Source: Mobula hypostoma
Lineage: Eukaryota
Assembly: GCF_963921235.1 (NCBI RefSeq)
Contig: NC_086118.1
Location: forward strand, 28,336,001 to 28,400,000
Direction: 5' to 3'
DNA length: 64,000 nt
Part shown: positions 25,580-39,350 of the stretch, in pieces
Layout: each line of letters starts with the position of its first letter
Numbering within the stretch: position 1 is the first letter of the stretch
Made by a program: the position numbers and the translations under genes
The notes under the pieces: model-generated
Told to the model about the DNA's origin: nothing
The model's input: the letters and a program-made list of their open reading frames with translations, nothing else
The model's database searches: none

Positions 25580-28189
25580 CTTTTGCGCATTACACAAGCT
25601 GAAATTTGTCTGCTAGTTTGACAAGACACATATGTCGCTATGGTAACATTACTTCCTCAATATTGCAGAAAATGTCAAGAAAAGCGCAGAAGAAAGTTAA
25701 ATCTTTACAAAAAATGGAAGGTGGCAAAGTTTGTAAGAATGAGTGTAGTATATGCACATTATTTGCCTCCTGATTTTAACAATATTAGGGGAGCTTGATC
25801 ATATCTAGCAGGGTCCATATGTCACAGATTTATAACCTTGGAACAGGCTATATTATTGACACAAGCATTGGTACTGCTAGGAGGGTGCTACAAGTAAATC
25901 CTATTGACTGAAAGCAATCGAGCATGTGCAAGATAGGAAATAAAAGGGAGAGTGTGGAGGGAGTACTTTGAAATGATGAAAAAACATACACTACTACTCT
26001 TTCCTGGATCACCTGACTCAAATCCTAAAGTCCAGGCTATATGTTAATATTCTTATCGAACATTTTGAGGTTGAATTGGATCAGTTTGCGCCATGTTGGT
26101 CTGGTTCAGTACTATCCAATTTGATAAGATTTCCTTCAATCTAGAAATGCGAACCTCTAAGTGTATTATTTATATATGGTACGCTTCTATTTGCAAACAC
26201 TTCTGCCTGACACTAGATGAATAACAGTGAGTTTAGTGACATACTTCCAGAGGGCTATTTTGAAGCCAAGAATCTCGAAGTAGTTTGTATCAACAGGGTG
26301 TAACTGATTACGGTTTCTCACACTATGACATTTTTGGGTTTTTCTTTGTTTGTATTTAGTTGAATTTATTTTCAGTTAAGTGCTTCAGACCTCAAACTGA
26401 TCTTTGGCATGTTGATGATGGAAGGGGATGGGAAATGTACTTGGTGAGGTCAGTTTCAGATTGGCCAAGGCGAGCTCAGGGTTTAATTTTATAACAATCG
26501 GACTCAAAAGAAAAGCAGGTGATTGTAGAGGCTTGCGTGGCACAATCAAAAACACAAAATAAGGGTTGCGTAAAGTTAAAATTTAAACTGAAGGACATCC
26601 CATCTGAAAGTCAAAGCATATTGACTTTTAAATATTTATCTATGTCCCTTTCCTGCCGGAGTTATAGGGTTTCAAGGAATAGCAATATCACTTGTCATGC
26701 ATGTGTAAGATACCTGAAATTGTGTGCACTGAAGGTTTACTTTTTTTTTAAACATTTAAATATGATGCAAATGTTATGAAGGATGCTTGGGGAGGGAAGT
26801 GGCACCTTTTTAAATGCAGCTGTGATTCTTGAATGCCAAGTTTTCTAATTGTTTCCTTAAGCACCCATGAGTAAAATCTTGAAATGGTAGAGTAAGAATT
26901 TCTCCGTACTGCCATTGAAGGTATCTTATCCCCTAATGGTTCACCTGGTATATATTTCTTTAAAAGCATACAATGCAATCTTTTATAATCTGCTCCAGGA
27001 GATCTTCTGTTTTTAATTTCTCCCCTCCTGCTTCCATTTTCCAAAAGACTAATTATAACTGATTTTATAGTAAAGTCAAAATGTGGAGAAAAATCTGCAC
27101 CATAAACTGCACTGACGATAACTGCAGTTCATTTGATGCCTACTCTGAAGTGTGGAAATGGAGGCCTCTGGGAAAAGAGCTATGACTGCATGAACCGTGG
27201 CATTAGTAACTCTGGGATCAAAATATGTAGCTGCCTTGTGGTTGTAACATTAAGACAAATGAAGGCTTTAAATTCAAAAATTTGAATTGTCTGAACATGG
27301 GACAAAGGAATTTTTCTTGAAAGAGCTCTAACTGAATTTTAACAAAATAAATTTTTTAAAGTCTTGCATGTGACCTTCCTTATGCCTTTTGAAGTGTGTT
27401 CCTTTGAAGAAAGCTTGTTCAACTGAACTGTGAGTCACAGAATGATTCAACCATGTTCCTGCCACGTTTTCGCACAGAAGAGATTTATTAGATAAAAGAT
27501 CTTAGTTTTGGTTTAAAATATATTCTCTTTGAATTCTGTGGTCTCCATTCAGTGGCAGATTAAATAATTGTAATCCACATGGACTTCACTAAGAATTTTC
27601 AAACATGAAATATATTTTTCCAACTTCTCTGCCAATTCCATCGGGTGAAATTGCTAGTCAAACCCCTTTTGACTTTGCCAACATGTTTTTTTTTCTACTT
27701 TTTAGCTAAATAGTCTAATGTTTTCTTTAAATTGAAATGCTAGTATAATGGTTAAAACTGTTGTCCCGATGTGGGATTTTGGAAGAGGGACTGAAGGCTT
27801 GGTGCTTTAGTCAGTCAGTGGGTCTGTTTCTGACTACAGTTGTTGGCAGATAGACATTGAACTTAGATTGTAGCTCCAGACATCAGATACCTGGTTGAGA
27901 TCAATGTTTTCTTAACCTCTTGTATTTGTTAAACTTGATTTAAACAATGGATGCTGTGATGGTTCCTACAGAAAAAAAAATTCTTTCTCCCTAAAATAAA
28001 ATATCTTCTTCCTCTCTGCTCTCACTTCTTGTTTTGCCGTAAGCCATTTGTCAAAAGCTTGTGGATGAAAAGGATCTCTGGCAGTTTGCTGCTGCTCTTT
28101 TAGAATAGTAGCAACTGAAGCATATGTTGGAGCAGGCAGTTTACCAAGATATGAACCTGGTAGCCAGTTCAGCTTTCTCCTTTCATGTG

Positions 28190-28960
28190 CAGTATATTCC
28201 AGTTAATTAAGCCATCAGTTAATTGAGGCAGCCGCTTATTTGGGGCAACTCTTCAAGAACAAAAATTAATTGAGAAAATAGCCAGTATTCCCCTTGTTGA
28301 TTTGGAACACTATGCAACTTAATTGGGACAGGAGACTGTTGCCAAAGAAGTTCTAATTAGCAATAGTCGAGTGCAGTTGTGTGGCCATTTGATACCACAC
28401 AATGCTTGGAGCGAGCTGTTTTTAAACAGCATTAGCTGTGTGTGTTTGTGTTCAAAAAGCAGTGATTTTTGTCACTGACAGTTGGTAGAAATAAACAGTA
28501 AGACAATTCAGAACTATTTTTCTCACTGTTGCTTAAAGCATTCAGGATTAGAGATGACAGAAATGGCCGGGAGTGAAAATGAAATGATTTGGCTACTTCA
28601 GCAAATTGGGAACTTTGAAATATTTGGTATCGACCATCATCCCTGAATGTTACAATGAAAACAAAAATTTGGAGGATGCAATTGCCAAAAGCATTGTATG
28701 AAGGAAGTCCAATATCTGCACTAGGTGTCTGCACTGATTTTGTTAAATTATAGTCAATCAAAAGAACATGGCAGCATACGCTGGATTGAATTCCCCTGTT
28801 GATAACTATTAGGAACCAAACATGGTTTTATAGTACTGTAAAGGTATTTGGTAGTGTTCTAATTTGTTCTCTATTTCATTTAAATTCACGAATTGTTACT
28901 CAGTTAAACAGTCATTTCTTTTTTGTACATTTTTAACTATTTCCATGAAATTTCGGCTAC
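28190..28960. mobile_element. Probable Tigger/pogo-like non-autonomous DNA element, right end lost
   Basis: CAGT start with repeated ttaatt(g/a)-gg subterminal motifs. No transposase recognised. Confidence 0.45.
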
Positions 28961-29539
28961 AAGCATTTCAAAAAATGTCTTGCAGAAATTAGAATTTAGA
29001 TTTTTGCATAAAGACAGCAAGATGGTACTATTTTCCTCAGTATTTCAAATGAATTTTTCTCTTTTACAGTTAATCCCATGAGGCTCCCAAAATACGGTAG
29101 AAATTTCGGAAACAGATAATGAATATTTAAGAAGTAGTCACATAAGGTTTGTGGAGGATGTGCTGGAACTAGCCCATGCAAAACTGCAATATCTCAATTT
29201 TTTTTGTTCAATTATCAACGGCCCTGCTCATAAGTGATTTAGAATCTTTAGAGCAAGGGAAGAATATGCTGGCTAGTTCCATTCTCAACTATTTCTCCTT
29301 GGCTTTGCAGTTCACATACTTCCTCCTCCCTTAAATATCATCTCACTTCCTTAACAATTGAATCTGCTTCCTCCAGCCTTTCAGAGAATGGATCGCAGTT
29401 CATGCCCACTCAACACATGAACAATTTTCCCTCATGTCACTCCTAGTTCCTTTGATGACCCCTTCTTTATCCTCAGATTCTGAACTCTTTCACAAGTAGG
29501 GTAATTTCTTACTGTGTCCAAGGAGCTTGTTATGTGCTA

Positions 29540-29845
29540 CCAGAGGTGGTAGTGTAAGCATTCCAGTGTTTTTGGATAAATCCACGGGGAATGGAGGGAT
29601 GTGGATAATGTGCTGGAGGAAGGGGTTAGTTTTGGTGCTGACAACATGGCTGCACTTGCAGGCTGCCCCCAGCCAATCCTCAGACCGTATTGGTCATTGA
29701 CACAAACACATTTCACCCTATGTTTCAATATTTCAAAGTACAAACGATGTCGATCTTTTGCTTTTATCTTTAACTTGGCATTCTATTTGGCATGGACATC
29801 ATGGGTTGCAGGGCTTCTTCCTGTGCTGTACTGTTCTATGTTCAA
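29540..29845 (+). mobile_element. Decayed SINE and CR1-like tail
   Basis: Antisense similarity to 48510-48720; CR1-type end 'cctgtgctgtactgttctatgttc'. Confidence 0.45.
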
Positions 29846-30011
29846 TTCTCTGTGTCTTTGTAATTATGTGGAGTATACATTAACTCACTTGGACATGGAG
29901 CTTTATTCTGGCAGTTAAGTGTCTAATCTGAGCAGAAATTTGGTGCATGCAATGGTTAACTTAGCAACATTTGACATGGCTCTGATTGTAAGATTTGATG
30001 GAGTTGTATAA

Positions 30012-31752
30012 TAGAAACATAGAAAACCTACAGCACAATACAAGCCCTTCGGCCCACAGAGTTGTGCCAAACTTGTCCCTACCTTAGAAATTACTAGGGT
30101 TACCCATAGTCCCCTATTTTTCTAAGCTCCATCTACCTATTCAAAAGTCTCTTAAAAGACCCTATCGTATCTGCCTCCACCACCGTCGCCGGCAGCCCAT
30201 TCCACGCATTCACCACTCTCTGCGTAGTAAAAAACTAACACCCCTGACATCTCTTCTGTACCTGCTCCTAAGCACCTTAAACCTGTTCCCTCTTGTGGCA
30301 GCCATTTCAGCCCTGGGGAAAAACCCTCTGACTATCCACACGATCAATGCCTCTCATCATCTTACACACCTCTATCAGGTCACCTCTCATCCTCCATCGC
30401 TCCAAGGAGAAAAGGCCAAGTTCACTCAACGTGTTTTCATAGGCATGCTTCCCAGTCCAGGCAACATCCTTGTAAATCTCCTCTGCACCCTTTCTATGGT
30501 TTCCATATCCTTCCTGTAGTGGGTGACCAGAACTGAGCACAGTACTCCAAGTGGGGTCTGACCTGGGTTCTATATAGCTGCAACATTACCTCTCGGCTCC
30601 TAATCTCAATTCCACGATTAATGAAGGCCAATACACCGTATGTCTTAACCACAGAGTCAACCTGCATAGCTGCTTTGAGCGTCCAATTTTCTCAGACCCC
30701 AAGATCCCTCTGATCCTCCACACTGCCAAGAGTCTTACCATTAATACTATATTCTGCCATCGTATTTGACCTACCAAAATGAACCACTTCACACTTTTCT
30801 GGGTTGAACTCCATCTACCACTTCTCAGCCCAGTTTTGCATCCTATCAATGTCCCGCTGTAACCTCGGATAGCACTCCACACTATCCACAACACCCCCAA
30901 CCTTTGTGTCATCAGCAAACTTACTAACCCATTCCTCCACTTCCTCATCCAGGTCATTTATAAAAATCACGACGAGGAGGGGTCCCAGAACAGATCCCTG
31001 AGGCACACCACTGGTCACCAACCTCCATGCAGAATATGACCCATCTACAACCACTCTTTACCTCCTGTGGGCAAGCCAGTTCTGGATCCACAAAGCAAGG
31101 TCCTTTGGATCCCATGCCTCCTTACTTTCTCAATAAGCCTTGCTTGGGGTACCTTATCAAATGCCTTGCTGAAATCCATATACACTACATCTACTGCTCT
31201 ACCTTCAACAATGTGCTTAGTCACATCCTCAAAATTCTGTCAGGCTCGTAAGGCACGACCTGCCCTTGACAAAGCCATGTTGACTATTCCTAATCATATT
31301 ATACCTCTCCAAATGTTCATAAATTCTGCCTGTCAGGATCTTCTCCATCAAATAACCAACCACTGAAATAAGACTCACTGGTCTATAATTTCCTGGTCTA
31401 TCTCTACTCCCTTTCTTGAATAAGGGAACAACATCCGCAACCCTCCAACCCTTCGGAACGCCTCCTGTCCCCATTGATGATACAAAGATCATCGCCAGAG
31501 GATCAGCAATCTTCTCCCTCACTTCCCACAGTAGCCTGGGGTACATCCCATCTGGTCCTGGCGACTTATCCAACTTGATCCTTTCCAAAAGCTCCAGTAC
31601 ATCCTCTTTCTTAATATCCACATGCTCAAGCTTTTCAGTCTGCTGCAAGTCACCCCTACAATCACCAAGATCCTTTTCCATAGTGAATACTGAAGTAAAG
31701 TATTCACTGAGTACCTCTGCTATTTCCTCCTGTTCCATGCACACTTTCCCAC
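30012..31752 (-). mobile_element. CR1 LINE ORF2 3' half, relatively young
   Basis: [70 protein letters not shown]; (TTTCTATG)-type tail at 30012. Confidence 0.95.
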
Positions 31753-32559
31753 TGAGAATATAACAATTATCTTGGTAGTTACATAACAGCTAAAACACTC
31801 AGGCCACGAGACAATGCATGCATACCACAGAGAAATAACTAACAGCTCCGTCTAGCATATCTTTATCTCTATAAAATTCTTGTAATTTGTTAATTCTTTT
31901 TTTCTTCATGGGAATTCTGCTTTCTCTTAGTTTTGCTTTTTAATAAATTTAATTTTTCTCTCAACCACATTTATGTTCTCTGCTTTTGATGGAATACTTT
32001 GATCTCGAACTTCCCACCGGTCTCAGGACATGATACTGCACTAGCAATCTAAAACTTCGCCATTTATGCCATCTGTCCAGCCAAGGAATGAAGAATTTAG
32101 CCAGTAAATCACAAGTGATTCTTATAGCATCGGAGGTAAACCCTAGAACAATTCAGTTCAAAATTTAACTCGCTCTACAAGACCTTTACACATTCTTGTG
32201 TCATTGCTTCCTGTGACACATTGTTTGCACTTAGTTCTATGACCTTGCCTTGGTTAGTCTTGTATCCTGGTTGAAGGAACCATATGCTGTTCTGAAATTT
32301 CAACCTTGGTACTCAATTAACCTTAATTGTGATGAATTGCAATTCCTTGTGCCAGCTTTCATGGAGGATTATGGAATCCATGTTGCTGATTATCTTCATA
32401 ATACAGAGGTTTGTGTTTCAGTAGATAAGCATTTTGCATTTTTTGGACTCAGTTTATAATAGAAAGTAAACTGTTTCTACAGTATTTTTTTGTGAAAATC
32501 TAACAGTAGCAGAGTTGAAGCAATGGATAGTTTCATGTGCCTTTCTTTGCAGCCATCTA

Positions 32560-32725
32560 AAGCATAATACATCGGAGCAAAATTAGACCATTCGATTAAT
32601 TGGCTCATCATGTCTGATCCATCATTCCATCATGGCTGATTTATTATCCCTCTCAGCCCCATTCTCCAGCCTTTTCCTTGTAATCTTTGATTGCACTAAT
32701 CAAGAACCCATCAAACTTTTCTTTA
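32560..32725 (-). mobile_element. CR1 3' end remnant
   Basis: 'ggagcaaaattagaccatt...catggctgatttatt' matches the other CR1 ends. Confidence 0.7.
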
Positions 32726-33093
32726 AATTAACTGGTTCAGCCAGTGTTTGTCACTTGGAAAGGGAAGTTTACGAGAAATATATTCCTCTTTTATTGTCAA
32801 CTTCAACTTTTAAAATTCTGAATATCCTCAGTTTGAGTTGAGGAATCCTGGTGAGAAATTTATAACCATTTTGATGGTTAAACCGGTTTGAATACTTTCA
32901 ATATGATATATCCCTGAATCATTGTAAATACATCGGCAATGATTTAGATTTTTTAACATGCTCAGATCATTGGGACCTTTTTGCTATTAAGAGATAAATA
33001 ACATTTGATAAATGAGGGGAGGATAGGAGGTGAATAATGTTGGGGAGATGGATTAATTGACATTTTGATCATGTGTTTTATCGTTTTTGTTAG

Positions 33094-33150
33094 GACTCAC
33101 AAGGACTAGTAGTGGAAAATTGAGAAGAACTGCTGATGTCACCAATCCAG
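33094..33150 (+). CDS. Candidate host cassette exon (57 nt, phase 1-1), product unknown
   Basis: Acceptor ttttatcgtttttgttAG and consensus donor CAG|GTAAGT; length divisible by 3; only one frame is open: (G/R)LTRTSSGKLRRTADVTNP; lies in non-repeat DNA. Confidence 0.55.
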
Positions 33151-33327
33151 GTAAGTAACCACATGATCAGTAATGTTATATGGAGAAAAAAGCCTGGATC
33201 AAAGTTTACGTAAAATTGCATGGAATATACTGCGTGGCAATAGCAATTCAGCCAATGCTTGTGTTTCATATTAAGCTTCCATTTATCCATCCTTGTCTAA
33301 TCCCACCAGTATTCTCGTTTCTCCATC

Positions 33328-33730
33328 ACTGTGCAAAAGTAATAGGCACATGTTAAAAAAAATCTGCAAGACAAAGACGCTTGGAAAAATAATGAGATGA
33401 AAATTTTATAAACATCAAAAAAATACTATAAAGAGCAGTAAAGAGTAAAAAAAAAATCAATATTTGGTGTGATTATCCTTTGCCTTTAAAATTGCATCAA
33501 TTCTCGTGGGTATATTGTGGTGCTGTTTAATCCGAAAGTCAGCTGCTAGGTTGTTGCAAGCATCTTGGAGAGCTTGCCACAGTTCTTCTGCAGACTTTGG
33601 CTGTCTTACTTGCTTGTGTCTCTCCAGGTAATCCCAGATGGTCTCAATGATGTTGAGATCAGGGTTCTCTGGAGGACATGCCATCTGCAACCATATTTTT
33701 TTTAAAGTGTGTGCCAAAGACTTTTGCACT
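33328..33730 (-). mobile_element. Internally deleted Tc1 element with short TIRs
   Basis: gtgcaaaagtaataggcaca / tgtgccaaagacttttgcac inverted ends; PPENPDLNIIETIWDYLE...IPTRIDAILKAKDNHTKY*. Confidence 0.88.
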
Positions 33731-33771
33731 TTATTGTTTGTAGCTTGCCTAAAAGCATGTGTGCTATTTGA

Positions 33772-34420
33772 CAACACAAGAGATTGCAGATGTTGTAATT
33801 TGGAGCAATAAGCAAACTGCTGGAAGAACATGGTGGGCCAGGCAGTATCAATAAATGGAAATGGACAATTAGCATTTCTGGTCAAGAATCTGCACCTGGA
33901 GCAAGTGACCTTTGGACTCCCATTGACCATTGGAAGGTTGGAAGAGCAACACCTGATATTCTGTCTGGGTAACCTCCAACCTGATGGCATGAACATCAAT
34001 TTCTCAAACTTCTGGTAATTGCCCCACACCCTCCTTCTCCATTTTCCCCCATTCCTGTTTCCCTCTCTCACTTTATCTTCTTACCTGCCCATTACCTCCC
34101 TCTGGTGTGTCTCCCGCTTCACTTTCTTCCATGGTCTTTTACCCTTTCCTATCAGATTCCCCCTTCTTCAGCCCTTTATCTCTTTCACCAATCAATTTCC
34201 CAGCTCTTTACTTCACCCCTCCCCCTCTCCTGGTTTCACCTATCACCTACCACCTTGTACTTCTCCCCTCCCCCACCTTCTTGCTCTGACTTCTCATCTT
34301 TTTACGCCCCAGTCCTGATGAAGGGCCTAGGCCTGAAACATCTAATGTTTACTCTTTTCCACAGATGCTGCCAGACCTGCTGAGTTCCTCCAGCATTTTG
34401 TTTGTGTTGATTGGATTCCC
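33772..34420 (+). mobile_element. Penelope-like 3' fragment preceded by an inverted copy of its terminus
   Basis: RLEEQHLIFCLGNLQPDGMNINFSNFW*; tail with CTGATGA...GAAA at 34315-34338; inverted terminal arm at about 33772-33900. Confidence 0.85.
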
Positions 34421-35129
34421 ATATTTGATTTTTGGTTGACAATTATGTATTAATTATGTATTTTCACAACACATACTAATGTAATATTGGTGTTATGTTA
34501 TTCTCCACATCTGAATCAATGGATTCTGAACCAATTATTGCACATATTGCACCTTTATTAATATCATGCTGTATTTTTGTGGGGGGTCGGGAAGTGATTC
34601 TAAGATTGCAGTGATGTGGAGTTCAGTGCAGTTTGCAGAACTCTCTCACGGTACTTAATCTAGTTTCCTTTTATTTGAGAGTTAATTTGTAATATTGATT
34701 GAAAACAATTCCTTCCTTACTGGTATGAATGAGTATACTGTCACAGCAGAATTAAATATAGTCCAATTCCATAACGAAAACAATGAGATAGAAAAACAGG
34801 AGAAGGATTTCAAGCATGGCTGATCAAGGAAGATGATTATAATCATCAGTAAGCTTGTCTGCTTGGGCACAGTTTATTATGAGGACACGAAAAATATTAT
34901 AAAATGCACAGATATTAATAATTTTGGAGTAATATTGAACGTATGAGCAACATGTTAACACTCCATTACACTGATTCAATAGGATTGCCTACTTTGCACA
35001 ATTAATCGTGAGCAATTTAAATACTGTTATCTATTTATCTTTTTACTGAATCACTTTGTTAAGATCTTTCCTGTTTGCATATGCCAAAGTAATATAGGAC
35101 CAGAGAGAATGTTTTTATCTGTTGTGGCA

Positions 35130-38100
35130 GTTCCAGAGATCACAACTTGGGAGTTCTGACCAGCAACCAATCGTGAGATCAGAAGCTTGAGAGGAGGGAA
35201 CTTCACTCGGGTCCTCTGACCGAGTATAGAAGAGCAGCAACTCGTGGCAGTATGTTTGGAGCTCTGGCCAGCAACCAATCAGAATTTGAGATTGATGAGC
35301 AAGAACAACGTCAAGGAACGCAGGGCAAGCATGGCGGCCATCTTTGGAGTGGAGAAAGTGGAGTGATAATTTTGAGGCTTTAGCTCTTCAAGGCTCCAGT
35401 CAAAGAGGGGAGAAACCAAAAGTTTTAGGTAGTTTTTTTTCCCTTCTCTCCTCTTTACATTTTCTCAGTTAACACAGTGGAGATGCAGACAGGATAGCTG
35501 AATGCTCCTCTTGCAGGACGTGGGAAGGTAGGGGGTCCTTCAGTGTCCCTGACGACTACAGCTGCGAGGTGCATCCAGCTGCAGCTCCTAACAATCTGTG
35601 TTAAGGAGTTGGAGCTGGAATGGGATGAACTCCGGATCATTCGGGAGGCAGAGGGAGTGATAGATAGAACCCAAGGTGCAGGACATGGGAAACTGGGTGC
35701 CCATCAGGAAAGAGAAAGGGGTTAAAGAAACCAGTGCAGAGTATCCCTGAGGCCGTTTCCCCCCCCCCCCAAAATGGGTATATCACTTTGGATACTGTTG
35801 GGGGAAATGATCTAGCGGAGGAAAGTCACAGCGGTCAGGTCCCTTGCACTGAGTCTGGCTCTGTGACTCAGAAGGGAATGTGGAAGAAGATGAACACTGT
35901 GGTGATGAGGGATGCATTAGTTAGGGGAACAGAAAGGAGGTTCTGTGGGCCAGAACAAGATTCCTGGATGGTATGTTGCCTCCTGCGTACCAGGGTTTGG
36001 GACATCTTGTACCAGGCCTTGGTATTCTCAAGCAGGAAGGTGAACAGCCAGAGATCATGGTCCATGTAGGTTCCAATGATATGGGTTGGGCAAATGAAGT
36101 TCTGCAGAGGGAGTTCAGTGAGTCAGATGTTAAACTAAAAAGCAGTACCTCCAGGGTTGTTATTTCAAGACTGTTACCTGTGCTATGAAGGGAGGCTACA
36201 CTGCCTGTGCTAGAGAGGCCAGACCCAGGATCAGTATATAGTTTAACACATGGCTAAGGAGTTGGTGCAGGAGGGAATGCATAAGATTTTTGGATCATGT
36301 GTGCTCTATTCCAGGGAAGGTGGGACCTGTACAGAAGGGACAGTTTACATCTGAACTAGAGAGGGGACTAATATCCTAGTGGGAAGTTTTGCTAATGCTA
36401 CACAGTGGGGTTTAAACTGGAGTTTCAGGGAGATGGGAGCCAGAGTTCTAGAAGAGCTAGTGGAGAGGTTGTGGAGACAGATGTTGGCAAGACTTCAGAC
36501 AAAGGTAGGAATTAAAAGGTTGAGCATGGTGTGGCGAGAGTCCTGAGCTGAGTGCATGCCAATGCAAGGAGTATTGGAGGAAAGGCGGATGAGCTCAGAG
36601 CACGGATCAACATCTGGAATGATGACATTAGTGAGAATTAGTTGTAGCTGGGGCAGGATTGGCAGCTAAATATTCCGCACTTCCTTTGTTTTAGATATCA
36701 GAGCGGGACTCCTTAAAGGAAGGGTGGTACTACTAGTCCGGGAAAATATCATGGCAGTGCTCTGTAGGTTCAAACTGGAGAGCATGCCTAGTGAGGCATC
36801 ATGGTTGGAACTGAGAAATAAGGAAGGTTTGCCCATGCTAATGGGGCTATATTACCGACCACCTTACAGTCCTAGGAATTTAGAGGACCAGATTTGTAAA
36901 GAGGTCGCAGGTTGGTAAAGTGGGTGATTTTAACTTTCCAAATATTGACTGGGAATTTCATATTGTTAAAGAACTGGATGGAGTAGAGTTTGTCAAATGT
37001 GTTCAAGAAAGTTTCCTTCATCAGTATAGAAGTCCCAACAAGACAGCATCTGTTACTGGATCTGCTATTGGGGAATGAGACAGGGCAGGTGACAGAAGTT
37101 TGCGTGGAGGGCACTTTGCATCTAGTGCCCACAATGCTATAAGTTTCAAAGTGAATATGCAATAAGATATACCTGGTCTGCAGTTAAGATTCTAAATTAG
37201 AAAAAGGCCAATTTTGATGGTATCAGAAATAATCTAGAAAGTGTGGATTGGGATGAGCTGTTTTCTCAAATATGTGTGCTTGGTAGATGGGAGGAATTCA
37301 AAAGTGAAATTTTGAGAGTACTAAGCTTGTATGTGCCTGTCAGAATGACAGGTAAAGATAACAAGTGTAGAGAGCCTTGGTTTTCAACAGATATTGAGTC
37401 CATGGTTTATAGATAAAAGGAGTTGAACCGCAGGTATATGCAAGTAGAAATAAATGAGGTGCTTGTGGAGTATAAGATGTTAAGAAAACACTTAAGAAAG
37501 GTATCAGGAGGGCTAGAAGAAGGCCTGAAGTTTCTCTAGTAGACAAGGTGAAGGAGAATCCTAAGGGATTCTATTGATATTTTGAAAGCAAAAGGATTGT
37601 AAGGGACAAAATCAGTCCTCTGTGAGACCAAACTGGTGATTCATGTGTGGAGCTAAAACAGATGGCGGAGAACTTAAATAATGTTTTGCATCTGTATTTA
37701 CTCAGAGATGAGTACAGTTTATAGAAGTGAAGCAAAGTGGCATCAACTTCATTGACCCTGTGCAGATTATACAGGAAGAGGTGTTTGATATCCTGAGGCA
37801 AATTTGGGTGGATAAATGCTCAGGCCTGACAAGGTGTTCCCTTGGACCCTACGGGAGGCAAGTGTGGAAATTGCCAGGGCCCAAGCAGAGCTGCTTAAAT
37901 CATCTTTAGTGACAGGAGAGCTACCAGAGGATTGGAGGACAGCCAATGTTGTTCCGCTGTTTAAAAAAGACTTTAAACCTAAACCAGGAAATTATAGGCC
38001 AGTGAGTCTGGCATCAGTTGTGTGAAAGTTATTGGAAGGTATTCTAAGAGATTGGATATTTAAGTATTTGAATAGACATGGACTGATTAAGGATAGTCAG

Positions 38101-39350
38101 CATGGCATCGTGTGTGGTAGATCATGTCAAACCAATCAGCGATTTTTTTTGAGGAAGTTACCAGGAAAGTGGATGAAGGCAAGGCAGTGGATTTGCCTAT
38201 GTAGACTTTAGCAAGGCATTTGACAAGGTCCGCTTGGAAGGTTGGTCAAGAAGGTTCAGTTGCTTGGCATTCAAGATGAGGTAGTAAAGTGGATTTGACA
38301 TTGGCTTTGTGAGAGAAGCTACAGCGTGGTCATAGATGGTTGCCTCTCAAACTGGAGGCCTCTGACTCGTGGTGTGCCACAGGAATCAGAGCTGGGTCCT
38401 TTGTTGTTTTCTTCTATATCAATGATCTGGATGATGATGTGGCTAACAGGATCAGCAAATATTGCAGATGACACCAAAATTTGGAGTGTAGTGGATAGTG
38501 AGGAAGGCTATAATGGCTCACAGCAGGATCTGGACCAGGTGGAAAAATGGGCTGAGAAATGGCAAATGAAATTTAATGCACACAAGTGCAAGGTTTAGCA
38601 CTTCAGTCGGATTAACCAGGGTAGGTCTTACGGGGTGAATGGTAGGGCACTGAGGAGTGTGGTGGAACAAAGGGATCTAGGAATACAGGCCCATGATTCG
38701 TTGAGAGAATCATCAATGGTAGATAGGGTTGTAAAGAAAGGGTTTGGTACAATAACCTTCATAAATCAATGTATTGAGCACAGACGATGGGATGTTATGT
38801 TGAAGTTGTATAATGTGTTGGTGGGGCCTGATTTGGAGTATTGTGTACAGTTCTGGTCATCTACCTACAGGAAAGATGTAACCGTGGTTGAAAGAGTACA
38901 GAAAAATTATACAAGAACTTTGTCAGGTCTGGAGGACCTCAGTTATAAGAAAACGTTGAATAAGTTAGGACTGTTTCCTTAGAATGTAAAAGATAGAGAG
39001 AAGATTTGATAGAGGTCTACAAACTTGGGGGTATAAATAGGGTAAATACAAGGAGGATTTCTCACTGAGGATGGGTGGGACTACAACCAGAGTTCATGGG
39101 CTAATGGTGATACATGAGGGGGAACTTCTTCACTCAGAGGTTTGTGAGAGTGTGGAATGAGTTGCCAGCACAAGTGGTGCATGTGAGCTTGATGTCAATG
39201 TTTAAGAGAAGTTTGGATGGGTACATGGTCGGTAGGAGTATAGAACGGTATGACCTTGGCGAAGGTTGACGGCAGTAGACAGTTTAAATGATTTTAGCAT
39301 GGACTAGATGGGCCAAAGGACCTGTTTCTCCACTGTACTTCTCTAGGACT
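35130..39350 (+). mobile_element. Near full-length decayed CR1 LINE (5'UTR, ORF1, ORF2, 3'UTR)
   Basis: ORF1 zinc finger and leucine zipper (CSSC...CARCIQLQLL...KELELE) plus an esterase-like part (VHVGSND); ORF2 APE (GLYYRPP, GDFNFP) and RT (PEDWRTANVVPLFKK, GVPQ, ADDTK, LEYCVQFWS); CR1 3' end near 39345. Confidence 0.93.

Noticed and set aside
26377..26444. AG...GT-bounded segments that could be exons (also near 32355-32408 and 59014-59025)
   Set aside because: More than one frame is open or the segment is very short, donors are weak, and peptides are unrecognised.
33457..34071. 204-aa ORF suggesting a novel transposase fusion
   Set aside because: Chance read-through from antisense Penelope sequence into a Tc1 C-terminal fragment; most of the catalytic domain is missing.
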